Positions 8,734 through 19,757 of a stretch of 64,000 bases of DNA are shown piece after piece. Origin of the DNA: Geopsychrobacteraceae bacterium. GTDB lineage: Bacteria; Desulfobacterota; Desulfuromonadia; Desulfuromonadales; Geopsychrobacteraceae. The stretch lies in assembly GCA_963676795.2 (NCBI GenBank), contig CAXXTB010000001.1, positions 1,344,001 to 1,408,000 on the forward strand. The letters are read 5' to 3'. The notes under the pieces are model-generated. The model was not told where the DNA came from. It made no database searches and saw only the letters and a program-made list of their open reading frames with translations. Each line of letters starts with the position of its first letter. Within the stretch, counting starts at the first letter, position 1. The position numbers were made by a program, and so were the translations under genes.

Positions 8734-10227
8734 ATGTTGGATACTTTGATCAGTGCGGGCATCATCGTCTTTGAACCCCTGGGCCTTTTTCTGATTGTTG
8801 TCGGCGTGTTGGTCGGTATCTTCGTCGGCGCCATGCCCGGACTCGGCCCGTCCATCGGTATCACTCTGCTGATCCCTTTCACTTACGATTTAAGTACCGC
8901 TCACAGCTTATTGCTGCTCGTTTCCCTGTATATGGCGGCCGAATATGGCGGGTCGGTCAGCGCCATTCTGGTTTCGACGCCGGGAACATCCGCTGCTGCC
9001 GCGACGGTCATGGACGGTTATCCCCTGCGCCAGAAAGGTTTTCCCGGGCAGGCTCTCGGGATTTCCTTGAGTGCCTCTTCCGTCGGCGGTCTGGTCGGCG
9101 TGATCGCACTGGTTCTCTTCGCTCAGCCGTTGGCGACTCTCGCTCTTCAATTCGGCCCCCCGGCATATTTCGCGATCGGTCTTTTCGGGATGACAACGGT
9201 TGCCTCGCTTTCAGCCGGCAATCCTTTGAAGGGGCTGCTGGTCGCCTGCCTGGGACTGGCACTGGCTACCATTGGTATCGATCCGATTTCAGGTTTTCCG
9301 CGTTTCGCTTTCGGGCAGATGGAATTGTTTGAAGGGGTTCCCTTCCTGACGACCCTGATTGGATTGTTTGCGCTCTCTGAAGTTTTCATGATTGCTGAGC
9401 GGAAGCTCAGTTCACGCAAGTTTGAAGAGAAATTGACGCACATCTTTCTCTCCAGAAAACAATGGCGTGAATTGACGCCAACGATGCTCAGTGGGGGGAT
9501 CATCGGCACCATTCTGGGGATCGTTCCAGGTGTCGGCGGGAATATCGCCTGCTGGATCGCCTATGATCGCGCTAAAAAGCGCTCGAAGACTCCGGAGGAG
9601 TTCGGTAAAGGGGCTCCAAAGGGGATAGCCGCTCCCGAAGCTGCCAATAATGCCACCGTTGGTGGTGCCATGATTCCGCTTTTGGCCCTGGGGATCCCTG
9701 GATCGCCGACCACAGCAGTCCTGATGGGGGCTCTTATTCTGCACGGCATTACCCCGGGTCCGCAGTTGTTTTCGGAAGATCCCGGTATGATTTACGCCCT
9801 GTTTATCGGCCTTGGGGTCTGTGTGCTGGTCATGTACCTGCTCGGTTCCCTGACTCTGTCCTGGTGGGCGAGGATTATGTCTGTTTCCGATTCCGTGCTT
9901 GCCGTTGCGATAGTCGTTCTGTCAACGGTGGGGGCATATACCTTGCGGAGTCTGGTCTTTGATATCTATATCACCTTATTTTTCGGTATCCTCGGCTATA
10001 TCCTGAGAAAATTCCGCTTTCCGATGCCGCCGATCGTACTCGCAATGGTTTTGGGCTATCTGATCGAATCCAATTTTAGGACAGCATTGCTGATGTCGCG
10101 GGGTAGCTACTCTATCTTCATTGAAAGCCCTTTGAGTCTGATTTTTATCGTACTGAGTATCGGGACCTTTTTCTGGCCGTACGTGTCGCGGAGAATTGCT
10201 CTCAGGAAGAGGTCCAGTCGGTCATAG
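8734..10227 (+). CDS. tctA: Tripartite tricarboxylate transporter large permease TctA
   Basis: GAMPGLG, YGGS..AIL..TPG, DGYP and APEAANNA...G..IPLLALGIPG signatures. Confidence 0.93.
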   Translation: MLDTLISAGIIVFEPLGLFLIVVGVLVGIFVGAMPGLGPSIGITLLIPFTYDLSTAHSLLLLVSLYMAAEYGGSVSAILVSTPGTSAAAATVMDGYPLRQKGFPGQALGISLSASSVGGLVGVIALVLFAQPLATLALQFGPPAYFAIGLFGMTTVASLSAGNPLKGLLVACLGLALATIGIDPISGFPRFAFGQMELFEGVPFLTTLIGLFALSEVFMIAERKLSSRKFEEKLTHIFLSRKQWRELTPTMLSGGIIGTILGIVPGVGGNIACWIAYDRAKKRSKTPEEFGKGAPKGIAAPEAANNATVGGAMIPLLALGIPGSPTTAVLMGALILHGITPGPQLFSEDPGMIYALFIGLGVCVLVMYLLGSLTLSWWARIMSVSDSVLAVAIVVLSTVGAYTLRSLVFDIYITLFFGILGYILRKFRFPMPPIVLAMVLGYLIESNFRTALLMSRGSYSIFIESPLSLIFIVLSIGTFFWPYVSRRIALRKRSSRS

Positions 10228-10260
10228 CAGGTTAACCCCAACGAATGGCAGGAGGCTTGG

Positions 10261-11247
10261 ATGAACAGGTATTGTCTCATACCCCGGAAGGCGACAGGTC
10301 TGTTAATTGCGCTGGTTGTTTGTCTGACCATGGTCATTGCGCCCTTGCAGGCGCACGCCGAATATCCGGAAAAAACTATCAATGTTGCCGTCTGGAGTGG
10401 TGCCGGTGGTGCTCTGGATATTTATGGGCGTAAACTGGCTGAGATGGTGTCTAAGGAAATGGACTGGACAACCAAGGTGGAAAACCGCCCTGGCGGTAGC
10501 GGTTCAGTCGGTCTGTCCTATGTTATGAGCCAGCCGGCAGACGGTCACACCTGGCTGATCTTTACCGGAACCCTGGCAACCGGGATAGCCCGGGGTCTTA
10601 TTCCTTTCACAACGGACGATATCCGCTTTGTCCGCGCCATGCAGGCCGAACCGACATCGCTGGCCGTACGCAAGGATAGCCCCCTGAAGTCGGTCGGCGA
10701 TTTTGTCGAGTATATGAAGGCCCATCCCTTCGGACTGAAAGTCGGTGGGCACTCATCGGGTGGCTTCCATCAGTTTATGCTATTTCAATTAATGGAACAG
10801 GGCGGCTTCGAGGCTGGCTGGGTTCCTCATGACTCTTCCGGCAAGGTTCCAATCAATATCATGGGTGGTCATATTGACGCCGGGATGATGACTCCATCTT
10901 CAGGTCTTGCCCAGGTTTTGTCCGGAGATATTCGTTTGCTCGGGATCAGTCTGGCTGAACGTTCCGAATTTCTGCCGGATGTGCCAACCTTTAAAGAGCA
11001 GGGGTACAACCTGGATGACAGTATCTGGCGTGGTGTTGCTGTCAAGGCCGGAACTCCGGAGGAGATTGTTGCGAAGATTCAGGCAGCCCTGGACAAGGTC
11101 GAGGCATCCGCTGAATGGAAAGAATTCATGCTGCAGCGTAAACAGGAAAATCCCAAGCTGAGAGATGGTGCATTCAGGGCGCTGGCTGAGAAACAGATCA
11201 AGGAACAGAGAAATTTCCTTGAAAAGGCTGGTTTCATTAAGAAATAA
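10261..11247 (+). CDS. tctC: TTT substrate-binding protein (TctC/Bug family)
   Basis: Signal peptide, YPEK.I, GG..D...R, VENRPGGSG, PDVPTFKEQG. Confidence 0.92.
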   Translation: MNRYCLIPRKATGLLIALVVCLTMVIAPLQAHAEYPEKTINVAVWSGAGGALDIYGRKLAEMVSKEMDWTTKVENRPGGSGSVGLSYVMSQPADGHTWLIFTGTLATGIARGLIPFTTDDIRFVRAMQAEPTSLAVRKDSPLKSVGDFVEYMKAHPFGLKVGGHSSGGFHQFMLFQLMEQGGFEAGWVPHDSSGKVPINIMGGHIDAGMMTPSSGLAQVLSGDIRLLGISLAERSEFLPDVPTFKEQGYNLDDSIWRGVAVKAGTPEEIVAKIQAALDKVEASAEWKEFMLQRKQENPKLRDGAFRALAEKQIKEQRNFLEKAGFIKK

Positions 11248-11328
11248 CAGGGGAGTGCCGGGGGAGTTCTGCTTCCCCGGCCACTGCTTGCGGAATGTTT
11301 GAAATTTTTTTCTGTCAGGGTTGAAGCG

Positions 11329-11784
11329 ATGAAAAAAGGGACGATTATCATCAGTCTGATATTTTTATTATTGAATGCCGGTTACGTGTACATGGCAATA
11401 CAGCTGCCCGCCAGCCCGGCATTCGGAGATGTCGGGCCCGCTGAATTACCGTTTTGGCTTGGTATCGCAGGTATTCTTCTGTCTCTTGCTTTGATCATTT
11501 CTGAGCTGAGAAAAAAGCCGGATGCTGAAAACGGATCAGCTTTGAGACCGTCCGTTCAGGGGATCTCTTATATTCTGTTGGTCATTCTGTTCGCTATCGG
11601 CGTCAATCTGATCGGTTTTCTCGCTACCACATTTGTCTTTTCCTTACTGGGTGTCATGCTCCTTGAGCGCCGGCTGAGTCTGCTCAAGTCTGGGATTATG
11701 GCGGTAGGAACAACTCTCTTCATCTATCTTGTTTTCATTCTGCTCCTCGATGTGCCCTTGCCTGAAGGGGTTCTTTGGGGGTGA
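11329..11784 (+). CDS. tctB: TTT small permease TctB
   Basis: Four to five TM segments, GP..P motif, C-terminal VF..LL.V.LP.G. Confidence 0.88.
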   Translation: MKKGTIIISLIFLLLNAGYVYMAIQLPASPAFGDVGPAELPFWLGIAGILLSLALIISELRKKPDAENGSALRPSVQGISYILLVILFAIGVNLIGFLATTFVFSLLGVMLLERRLSLLKSGIMAVGTTLFIYLVFILLLDVPLPEGVLWG

Positions 11785-12260
11785 TTGATGCCCTTTGGTA
11801 TCTGCTACTTTTTTTGCAGGCTTTTCCGTCCTCTATCTCTGATGATTAAGGCGCTTCTGGTTTCTGATGGAATCGCCTGTAATTAGCCGCTTTGCTGTTT
11901 CTGTTGTTTCTGTGACAAACTACTTTTTATGTACTTTTTGGGGTTGACTTGAATTTTACGAAACTATAAGTTAACACTCACTTACAAGTATGCAGGCCTC
12001 TTTACATTGACGTAAAGAGCGAGGTTGCTGGCACAGAAGCATCGATCGGCAAATTCACTACGTCCCACCGGCCGGATCTTCATCCATTGCAAACCAATGT
12101 GATCCCATGTTGTTCAGGCTGTTCAACATCTCCTTATGTCTGCTGTTTTAATTGTAAATATCTAAAATCAAAGAGATTGTCACCCAGGCAGTATTGCAGC
12201 TGTCTGATCTGTTTTACTTACTCAAAAGCTGAAGTGAAGTAACGCTAAAAGGAGAATTCC

Positions 12261-13526
12261 ATGGATATTCTGGCATTGAACTGTGGTAGTTCATCGGTCA
12301 AGTACCAGCTGTACAGCTGGGAGAAGAAGGAAATCATCGCCAAGGGGATGGTCGAGCGCGTCGGGATTGGCGACTCTTACATCGTCCACGAAGTTCCAGG
12401 CCGTGAGACCTACAACGAAGAATATGCCTGCCCGGACCACACCATCGCCGTTCAACTGGTCATCAAAACCCTGACCAGCGAAGAGCAGGGCGTTGTCAAA
12501 GACATGTCCCAGATCTCGGCTGTTGGTCACCGCGTTGTTCACGGTGGTGAGAAGTTCACCAAATCGATCCTGATCGACGACGAAGTTATCGCCGGTATCA
12601 AGGAAGTTTCCGTTCTGGCCCCACTGCACAACCCGGCCAATATCGATGGTATCGTCGCTGCCAAGACCGTTCTGCCGGACGTTCCGCACATCGCCATCTT
12701 CGACACCGCCTTCCATCAGACCATGCCGGAGTACTCCTACACCTACCCGGTTCCTTACCAGTGGTACGAGAAGTACGGCGTCCGTCGTTATGGTTTCCAC
12801 GGCACCAGCCACCTGTACGTCTCCAAGCGTGCTGCCGCGATCCTCGGCAAAGAGCCCAAGGACACCAACCTGGTCACCCTGCATATCGGCAACGGTGCCT
12901 CCCACTGTGCCATCAAAGGTGGCGTCAGCATCGACACCTCGATGGGTCTGACTCCGCTTGAAGGTGCTGTCATGGGCACCCGTTGTGGCGATATCGACGC
13001 CGCTATTCCGGCCTTCATCCAGCAGCAGGAAGGTTTGAGCGCCGCCGAGATCGACAGTATCCTCAACAAGAAATCCGGTATTTATGGCATCACCGGCAAG
13101 TACACCGACCGTCGTGACGTCGGTGACGGCATAAAGGCCGGCGACAAGAAATGCCAGCTCGCTTTTGATGTTGAAGCTTACCGCATCAAGAAATACATCG
13201 GTGCTTACTACGCTGCTGTCGGCAAGCCGGACATGATCGTCTTCACCGCCGGCGTTGGCGAGATGAGCTGTGAAACCCGTCAGGCAGCCCTCGAAGGTCT
13301 TGAAGGCCTGGGCATCATCGTCGATACCGAAGTCAACATGAAGACCCGGACCCGTAGCCGCGAAGTCCTGATCACCAAGCCTGAGTCGGCGATTCCGGTC
13401 TACGTCATTCCGACCGACGAGGAGCTGGTCTTCATCGAGGACGTTGTCGGTATCCTCAACGGCACCTACACCGACCACCTGAACTACAAATACACCTTCT
13501 CTGACCCGAGCTTCGTCAGAAAGTAA
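12261..13526 (+). CDS. ackA: Acetate kinase
   Basis: LNCGSSSVKY, GHRVVHGG, APLHNP, FDTAFHQT, RRYGFHGTSH, DTSMGLTPLEG, PTDEE; strong codon bias. Confidence 0.98.
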   Translation: MDILALNCGSSSVKYQLYSWEKKEIIAKGMVERVGIGDSYIVHEVPGRETYNEEYACPDHTIAVQLVIKTLTSEEQGVVKDMSQISAVGHRVVHGGEKFTKSILIDDEVIAGIKEVSVLAPLHNPANIDGIVAAKTVLPDVPHIAIFDTAFHQTMPEYSYTYPVPYQWYEKYGVRRYGFHGTSHLYVSKRAAAILGKEPKDTNLVTLHIGNGASHCAIKGGVSIDTSMGLTPLEGAVMGTRCGDIDAAIPAFIQQQEGLSAAEIDSILNKKSGIYGITGKYTDRRDVGDGIKAGDKKCQLAFDVEAYRIKKYIGAYYAAVGKPDMIVFTAGVGEMSCETRQAALEGLEGLGIIVDTEVNMKTRTRSREVLITKPESAIPVYVIPTDEELVFIEDVVGILNGTYTDHLNYKYTFSDPSFVRK

Positions 13527-13711
13527 GGTTGCTCCCGCCATAGGGCGGTACGTATTTCCTGAAGGGTTTCTAGAGACCTTCAGTTATAGATACATCCCGT
13601 GAGCCATTATGGCTCACGGGATGCTTGAAAAAAACTGCAATGACTGCTGTTGAAAGCCGAAGTTATTGCAGTTTTTTTGTAGATAAAAAATTTAATCAGT
13701 GAGCAAACAGC

Positions 13712-14293
13712 ATGGTAACCCTGATCCTGATCTTAATCAGCGCCGTCTTCGTCAACAACTTCGTGTTGGCCCGTTTCTTGGGGATCTGCCCCTTTCTGGG
13801 GGTCTCGAAGAAGGTCGATACGGCCCTCGGCATGGGGATGGCGGTTATCTTCGTCATGACCGTCGCCTCGGTCGTCACCTGGTTCATCCAGTATTTCATC
13901 CTGGGGCGTTTCGGCATCGAGTACCTGCAGACCATCGCCTTCATCCTGGTCATCGCCTCGCTGGTCCAGCTGGTCGAGATGGTCATCCAGAAATCGAGTC
14001 CTGTGTTGTATCAGTCGCTCGGCATCTTCCTGCCGCTGATCACCACCAACTGTGCGGTCTTAGGTGTCGCCGTGCTCAATATCCAGAAGAGCTACAGCTT
14101 CCTGGAGTCGGTCGTCTTCGCCATCGGTGCCGGGCTTGGCTTCACCCTGGCCATGGTCCTGTTCGCAGGTCTTAGAGAGCGGATCGACTTAAGCCCGGTG
14201 CCCAAGAGCTTCCGTGGCACCGCCGTCGCCCTGGTCACCGCCGGTCTGTTGTCCCTGGCCTTCATGGGTTTTGCCGGTCTGGTCAAAGGCTAG
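13712..14293 (+). CDS. rnfA: Rnf complex subunit A
   Basis: [32 protein letters not shown]. Confidence 0.96.
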   Translation: MVTLILILISAVFVNNFVLARFLGICPFLGVSKKVDTALGMGMAVIFVMTVASVVTWFIQYFILGRFGIEYLQTIAFILVIASLVQLVEMVIQKSSPVLYQSLGIFLPLITTNCAVLGVAVLNIQKSYSFLESVVFAIGAGLGFTLAMVLFAGLRERIDLSPVPKSFRGTAVALVTAGLLSLAFMGFAGLVKG

Positions 14294-14478
14294 ACTGATT
14301 GATATAGATTTTAGCTTGGAAACGGGCAATTTTTCGTTGTAGCTGAAAGCCCCCCCTGCTCGTAAACTCGCTTCCCCCCCTATTTTATAGGGGGGATTGA
14401 GGGGGGGGTGCATTAAAGAGCCCCTGATCTCTTAGCACAGTAAAAAGACCGTTTCCGGACACAAGAGGAACAATCGTT

Positions 14479-15303
14479 ATGCTCACATCCATACTCTGCC
14501 TCGGCGGCATCGGTCTGATCGCCTCACTGACCTTAGGCTTTGCCGCCAAGAAATTCGCCGTTGAGGTCGATCCCCGCGAAGCGGCCATCTTAGACGCCCT
14601 GCCTGGGGCCAACTGCGGGGCCTGCGGCCAGGCCGGCTGCTCCGGTTACGCCAAGGCCGTCGCCGAAGGGCGCCTTGCGCCCAATCTCTGTACCCCGGGC
14701 GGCAGCAGTACCCTGGAAGCGATCGCCGCCATCCTTGGTATCGAAGCCTCAGCCGCCGAACCGGTCGTCGCCGTGGTCAAGTGCCAGGGGGATAATGAGA
14801 AAGCCATGCCTAAGTACCAGTACCTGGGGCTCACCGACTGCAACGCCGCCCAGAAAATCGCCGACGGCCCCAAGGCCTGCCCCGGCGGCTGCCTGGGCTT
14901 AGGTTCCTGCGAGCGGATCTGCCCCTTTGACGCCATCCATATCAATGACAAGGGGCTCGCCGTTGTCGACCGCAACAAATGTACCGGCTGCGGCAAGTGC
15001 GTCTCCGTCTGCCCGCGCGGTGTCATCAGCCTGGCCCCTAAATCGGTCACCACCCATGTCCTGTGCAACAGCCACGACAAGGGCGCTCTGGTTCGCAAAT
15101 ACTGCCAGGTCGGCTGTATCGGCTGCATGATCTGCAAGAAGACCGTCCCCGAGGGTTATGTCATCGAGAACTTCCTGGCCAGTGTCGTCTACGAGAAGCC
15201 GGAAGGGATCGAAGCCGCCATCGGGAAGTGCCCGATGAAATGTATCCATGACTACGCTACTCCTGCCCAAAAAACTGCAGTCGAGCCCGATAGCGCCGCT
15301 TAA
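14479..15303 (+). CDS. rnfB: Rnf complex subunit B
   Basis: N-terminal TM, LPGANCGACG..GC, several ferredoxin-type Cys motifs. Confidence 0.95.
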   Translation: MLTSILCLGGIGLIASLTLGFAAKKFAVEVDPREAAILDALPGANCGACGQAGCSGYAKAVAEGRLAPNLCTPGGSSTLEAIAAILGIEASAAEPVVAVVKCQGDNEKAMPKYQYLGLTDCNAAQKIADGPKACPGGCLGLGSCERICPFDAIHINDKGLAVVDRNKCTGCGKCVSVCPRGVISLAPKSVTTHVLCNSHDKGALVRKYCQVGCIGCMICKKTVPEGYVIENFLASVVYEKPEGIEAAIGKCPMKCIHDYATPAQKTAVEPDSAA

Positions 15304-15318
15304 AGCGAGGTACCCCCC

Positions 15319-16634
15319 ATGTCACTGAAAACCTTCGCCGGTGGACTCCATCCACCCGACAGTAAAAGCTACTCCGAGCACAAGGCGATTGAAGCTTGCC
15401 CGCTGCCCGAAGAACTGGTCATCCCGGCCATGCAGCATATCGGCGCCCCCGCCGAGATCTGTGTGGGTAAGGGCGACCTGGTCAAAAAGGGCACAGTCAT
15501 TGCGAATGCCAAAGGCTTCGTCTCGGTGCCGATCCATGCCTCGACCTCAGGCGAAGTCATCGCCGTCGAGCCGCGCATGCATCCAAGCGGCAAGCTGCTG
15601 CCCGCCGTCGTCATCAAGCCGGACGGCGAAGATGCCTGGGATGAAAGCCTTAAAGGCGGTAACCCCGACGATCTCGACGCAGAAGCCCTCAAGAAGAAGA
15701 TCCTCGCCTGCGGTATTGTCGGCCTGGGCGGTGCCACCTTTCCGGCCCACGTCAAGCTCTCGCCACCGGCCGACAAGAAGATCGATACTTTGATTCTCAA
15801 CGGCGTCGAGTGTGAGCCATACCTGACCGCCGACCACCGCCTGATGCTGGAAGAGAGTGAGCGCCTGATCGACGGGATCAACATCCTGCGCAAGGTGCTT
15901 GGCATCGAGCGTGCCGTCATCGGCATCGAATCGAACAAGCCGGACGCCATCGCCAAGCTCGGCAAGGAATGCATCGCCCACAAGATCGAGGTCGTGCCCT
16001 TAGAGGTCAAATACCCGCAGGGCGCCGAGAAGCAGCTGATCGACGCCGTCACCGGCCGTCAGGTGCCATCCGGTGGCCTGCCGATGGACGCCGGTGTCGT
16101 GGTTCAGAACGTCGGGACCGCCGCCGCTGTCAGTGACGCCATCCGTCTGGGTCACCCGCTGGTCGAGCGGATCGCCACCGTCACCGGCCCCGGTATCAAA
16201 GACCCGAAAAACCTCAAAATCGCCGTCGGCACCCCCTTGCAGCATCTGGTCGACCAGTGTGGCGGCCTTGTTGGTGAGCCGGGCAAGATCATCATGGGCG
16301 GGCCGATGATGGGCCAGACCCAGCTCTCGCTGGAGGCCCCGGCGATCCGCGGCACCTCCGGACTGTTGATCTTCCGTAAGGAGGATATCGACACCAAACC
16401 GGCCGGTCCCTGTATCCGCTGCGGGCGCTGCGTCAGTGTCTGCCCGATCCACCTGCAGCCGACCCTGCTGGCCGCTTACGCAAGGCTCGATCTGATCGAC
16501 GAAGCCGAAAGAGCTAACGCCCTCGACTGTATCGAGTGCGGCTGCTGTACCTATATCTGCCCGGCGACATTGCCGCTGGTGCAATCGATCCGCTACGCCA
16601 AGGGCGGCATTATGGCCAAGAGAAGGAAATCCTG

Positions 16635-16635
<1 letters not shown>
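15319..16635 (+). CDS. rnfC: Rnf complex subunit C
   Basis: GGLHP, QHIGAP, GLGGATFP, NGVECEPYLTAD, KYPQGAEKQL, CIRCGRC and CIECGCC. Confidence 0.97.
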
Positions 16636-17627
<992 letters not shown>

Positions 17628-17639
17628 GGGGAGAGACTC

Positions 17640-18239
17640 ATGAAAGACATCATCAAACTGCTCGTCGCCCTGACCCTTATCGCTGCAATCGCCGGCCTGA
17701 TCCTCTCGGTTGTGGAAAAAGCGACCCGCGAACCGATCGCCGCCCAGCGCAAGGCGCAGATGGTCAAAGCCTTAAGTGCCGTGCTGCCGGACTTCGATAA
17801 CAGCCCCGACGCCGATAGCGTGGTTCTTGAGAACGGCGTCGACAAGAAGGGTAATCCGGTCCTTATCACCTTCTACCGCGCCCGCAAGAATAACGAACTG
17901 GTCGGTACCGCGTTCAAGATGATCGCCCCGGAAGGGTACAGCGGCAATATCGAGATCATGATCGGGGTGAAACCGGATCAGAGCATCAACGCTATCGAGA
18001 TCCTCACCCACGCCGAAACACCGGGGTTGGGGAGCAAGATCGCGGAAGGCTGGTTCAAAGAGATGTTCCAGGGCAAGAGCCTTGAGAACGCCGACTGGCG
18101 GGTCAAGAAGGACGGCGGCGAGTTCGACCAGATCTCCGGGGCGACCATCTCGCCACGCGCCGTGGTCGGGGCACTCAAGGCCGGTCTTGAATTTTACCGT
18201 GACAACAGTCAGAGAATCACAGAAGGAGGCGTCCAATGA
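17640..18239 (+). CDS. rnfG: Rnf complex subunit G
   Basis: GYSG.I, ETPGLG, FDQISGATIS (covalent FMN motif). Confidence 0.96.
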   Translation: MKDIIKLLVALTLIAAIAGLILSVVEKATREPIAAQRKAQMVKALSAVLPDFDNSPDADSVVLENGVDKKGNPVLITFYRARKNNELVGTAFKMIAPEGYSGNIEIMIGVKPDQSINAIEILTHAETPGLGSKIAEGWFKEMFQGKSLENADWRVKKDGGEFDQISGATISPRAVVGALKAGLEFYRDNSQRITEGGVQ

Positions 18240-18826
18240 GCCTGATGCAGGATTTTACCAAAGGGATCTGGACCGAGAACGCCGTCTTCAAACTGCTGCT
18301 CGGGATGTGTCCGACCCTGGCGGTCACCACCAGTGCTGAAAACGGCATCGGCATGGGGCTGGCAACCACCTTCGTCCTGATCTGTTCGAATATCGTCGTT
18401 TCGTTACTTAGAAAGCTGATTCCATCCGGCGTGCGTATCCCGGCCTTTATCATCATCATCGCCTCCTTCGTCACCGTCGTGCAGCTGGCGATGGAAGCCT
18501 GGATCTTTGATCTCTACCAGGCCCTTGGCATCTTTATCCCGCTGATCGTCGTCAACTGCCTGATCTTAGGCCGCGCTGAAGCCTTCGCATCGAAGAACGG
18601 CACCTTACGTTCGATCTTCGACGGGGTCGGCATGGGGATCGGCTTCACCCTGGCGCTGTTTATCTTAGGGGCTGTTCGCGAACTGTTCGGTGCCGGTTCG
18701 ATCTTAGGTTTCACTATCTTCGGCGGTTCCTACCAGCCGATGCTGCTGATGATCCTGCCACCGGGCGCCTTCATCACCCTGGGGCTCTTGCTGGCGCTGA
18801 TGACCAGGTGCGGACAGAAGGGGTAG
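18236..18826 (+). CDS. rnfE: Rnf complex subunit E
   Basis: LGMCPTLAVT, FIPLIVVNC...GRAEAFA, LPPGAF. Confidence 0.96.
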   Translation: MSLMQDFTKGIWTENAVFKLLLGMCPTLAVTTSAENGIGMGLATTFVLICSNIVVSLLRKLIPSGVRIPAFIIIIASFVTVVQLAMEAWIFDLYQALGIFIPLIVVNCLILGRAEAFASKNGTLRSIFDGVGMGIGFTLALFILGAVRELFGAGSILGFTIFGGSYQPMLLMILPPGAFITLGLLLALMTRCGQKG

Positions 18827-18932
18827 CTCTGGCTGCATGTCGTATGCTGAATACTGACAATCCAACGCGTCTGCAGCCTTTGAGGTTCAGGATCTGAAAG
18901 GGTTGATTGGCAATGATGCCAAAGGAATAGTT

Positions 18933-19679
18933 ATGGCGATAAAACGTAAGATGACGGGTGAGGAGCGGAAGCAGGCTATTTCTGTTGCTGCGCGCTCCGT
19001 TTTTTCCCTGAAGGGATATTATGGAACTTCGATGCGAGACATTGCCAGGGCGGCACATATCTCAGAAGCTCTAATATATCAGCATTTCCCAAGCAAGGAA
19101 TCTCTTTACCAGGAAATCTATTTTTATCTGGATCCCCAGATTGATGCTCTGTGCAATTACCTCGGTCAGTTCCAGCCATCAACTGAGACATTGGTAAAAA
19201 TAGTCTATTCGCTGTCGATGATGATTCTGTCCGAAATCCCTGGTCAGAATGATGAGCAGAAAAAATTTGAGCGTCTGCTTGTTTACAGTCTGCTTGAAAA
19301 TTCGGACTTTGCCAGGACCGTATTCGGAAAATACGAAATGAAGTTGAGCCCAATGTGGCTGGAATGCATTGAGCAGGCTTCGCATGCCGGAGATATGTTT
19401 GAAAGCACATTGAAGGCAAAAAGAAAGATGTGGTTTGCCCATCATCTGGCGATGGCGATCAATATACTGCACATGTCAGGACAGAAATTGTTCGAATATG
19501 ACGGAACATTGGATGACCTTGCGGAATCGATGGTCATATTTATTCTGCGTGGAATCGGACTGACTGACGAGGCTGTGCGAAAATACGCTCATTCGGTCGC
19601 TCTGAAGAATGTAGTGAGTGAGATTTTTGAGCCGAGCAGGGGACTGGTCTTTCTCGAAGGAACCGTGCCGAACGTATAA
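18933..19679 (+). CDS. TetR/AcrR-family regulator
   Basis: N-terminal HTH F..KGY..TSMRDIARAA.ISEALIYQHFPSKE. Confidence 0.93.
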   Translation: MAIKRKMTGEERKQAISVAARSVFSLKGYYGTSMRDIARAAHISEALIYQHFPSKESLYQEIYFYLDPQIDALCNYLGQFQPSTETLVKIVYSLSMMILSEIPGQNDEQKKFERLLVYSLLENSDFARTVFGKYEMKLSPMWLECIEQASHAGDMFESTLKAKRKMWFAHHLAMAINILHMSGQKLFEYDGTLDDLAESMVIFILRGIGLTDEAVRKYAHSVALKNVVSEIFEPSRGLVFLEGTVPNV

Positions 19680-19698
19680 AATTGCTGTTTCTCTACCA

Positions 19699-19735
19699 CA
19701 AGAAAAGGCCTTCCGCTCTGGAAGGCCTTTTCTTG
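19699..19735. terminator. Bidirectional terminator between tetR and moaA
   Basis: Perfect 16-bp inverted repeat CAAGAAAAGGCCTTCC / GGAAGGCCTTTTCTTG. Confidence 0.85.
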
Positions 19736-19757
19736 TTACTACAATGGAGTTTGGTGA

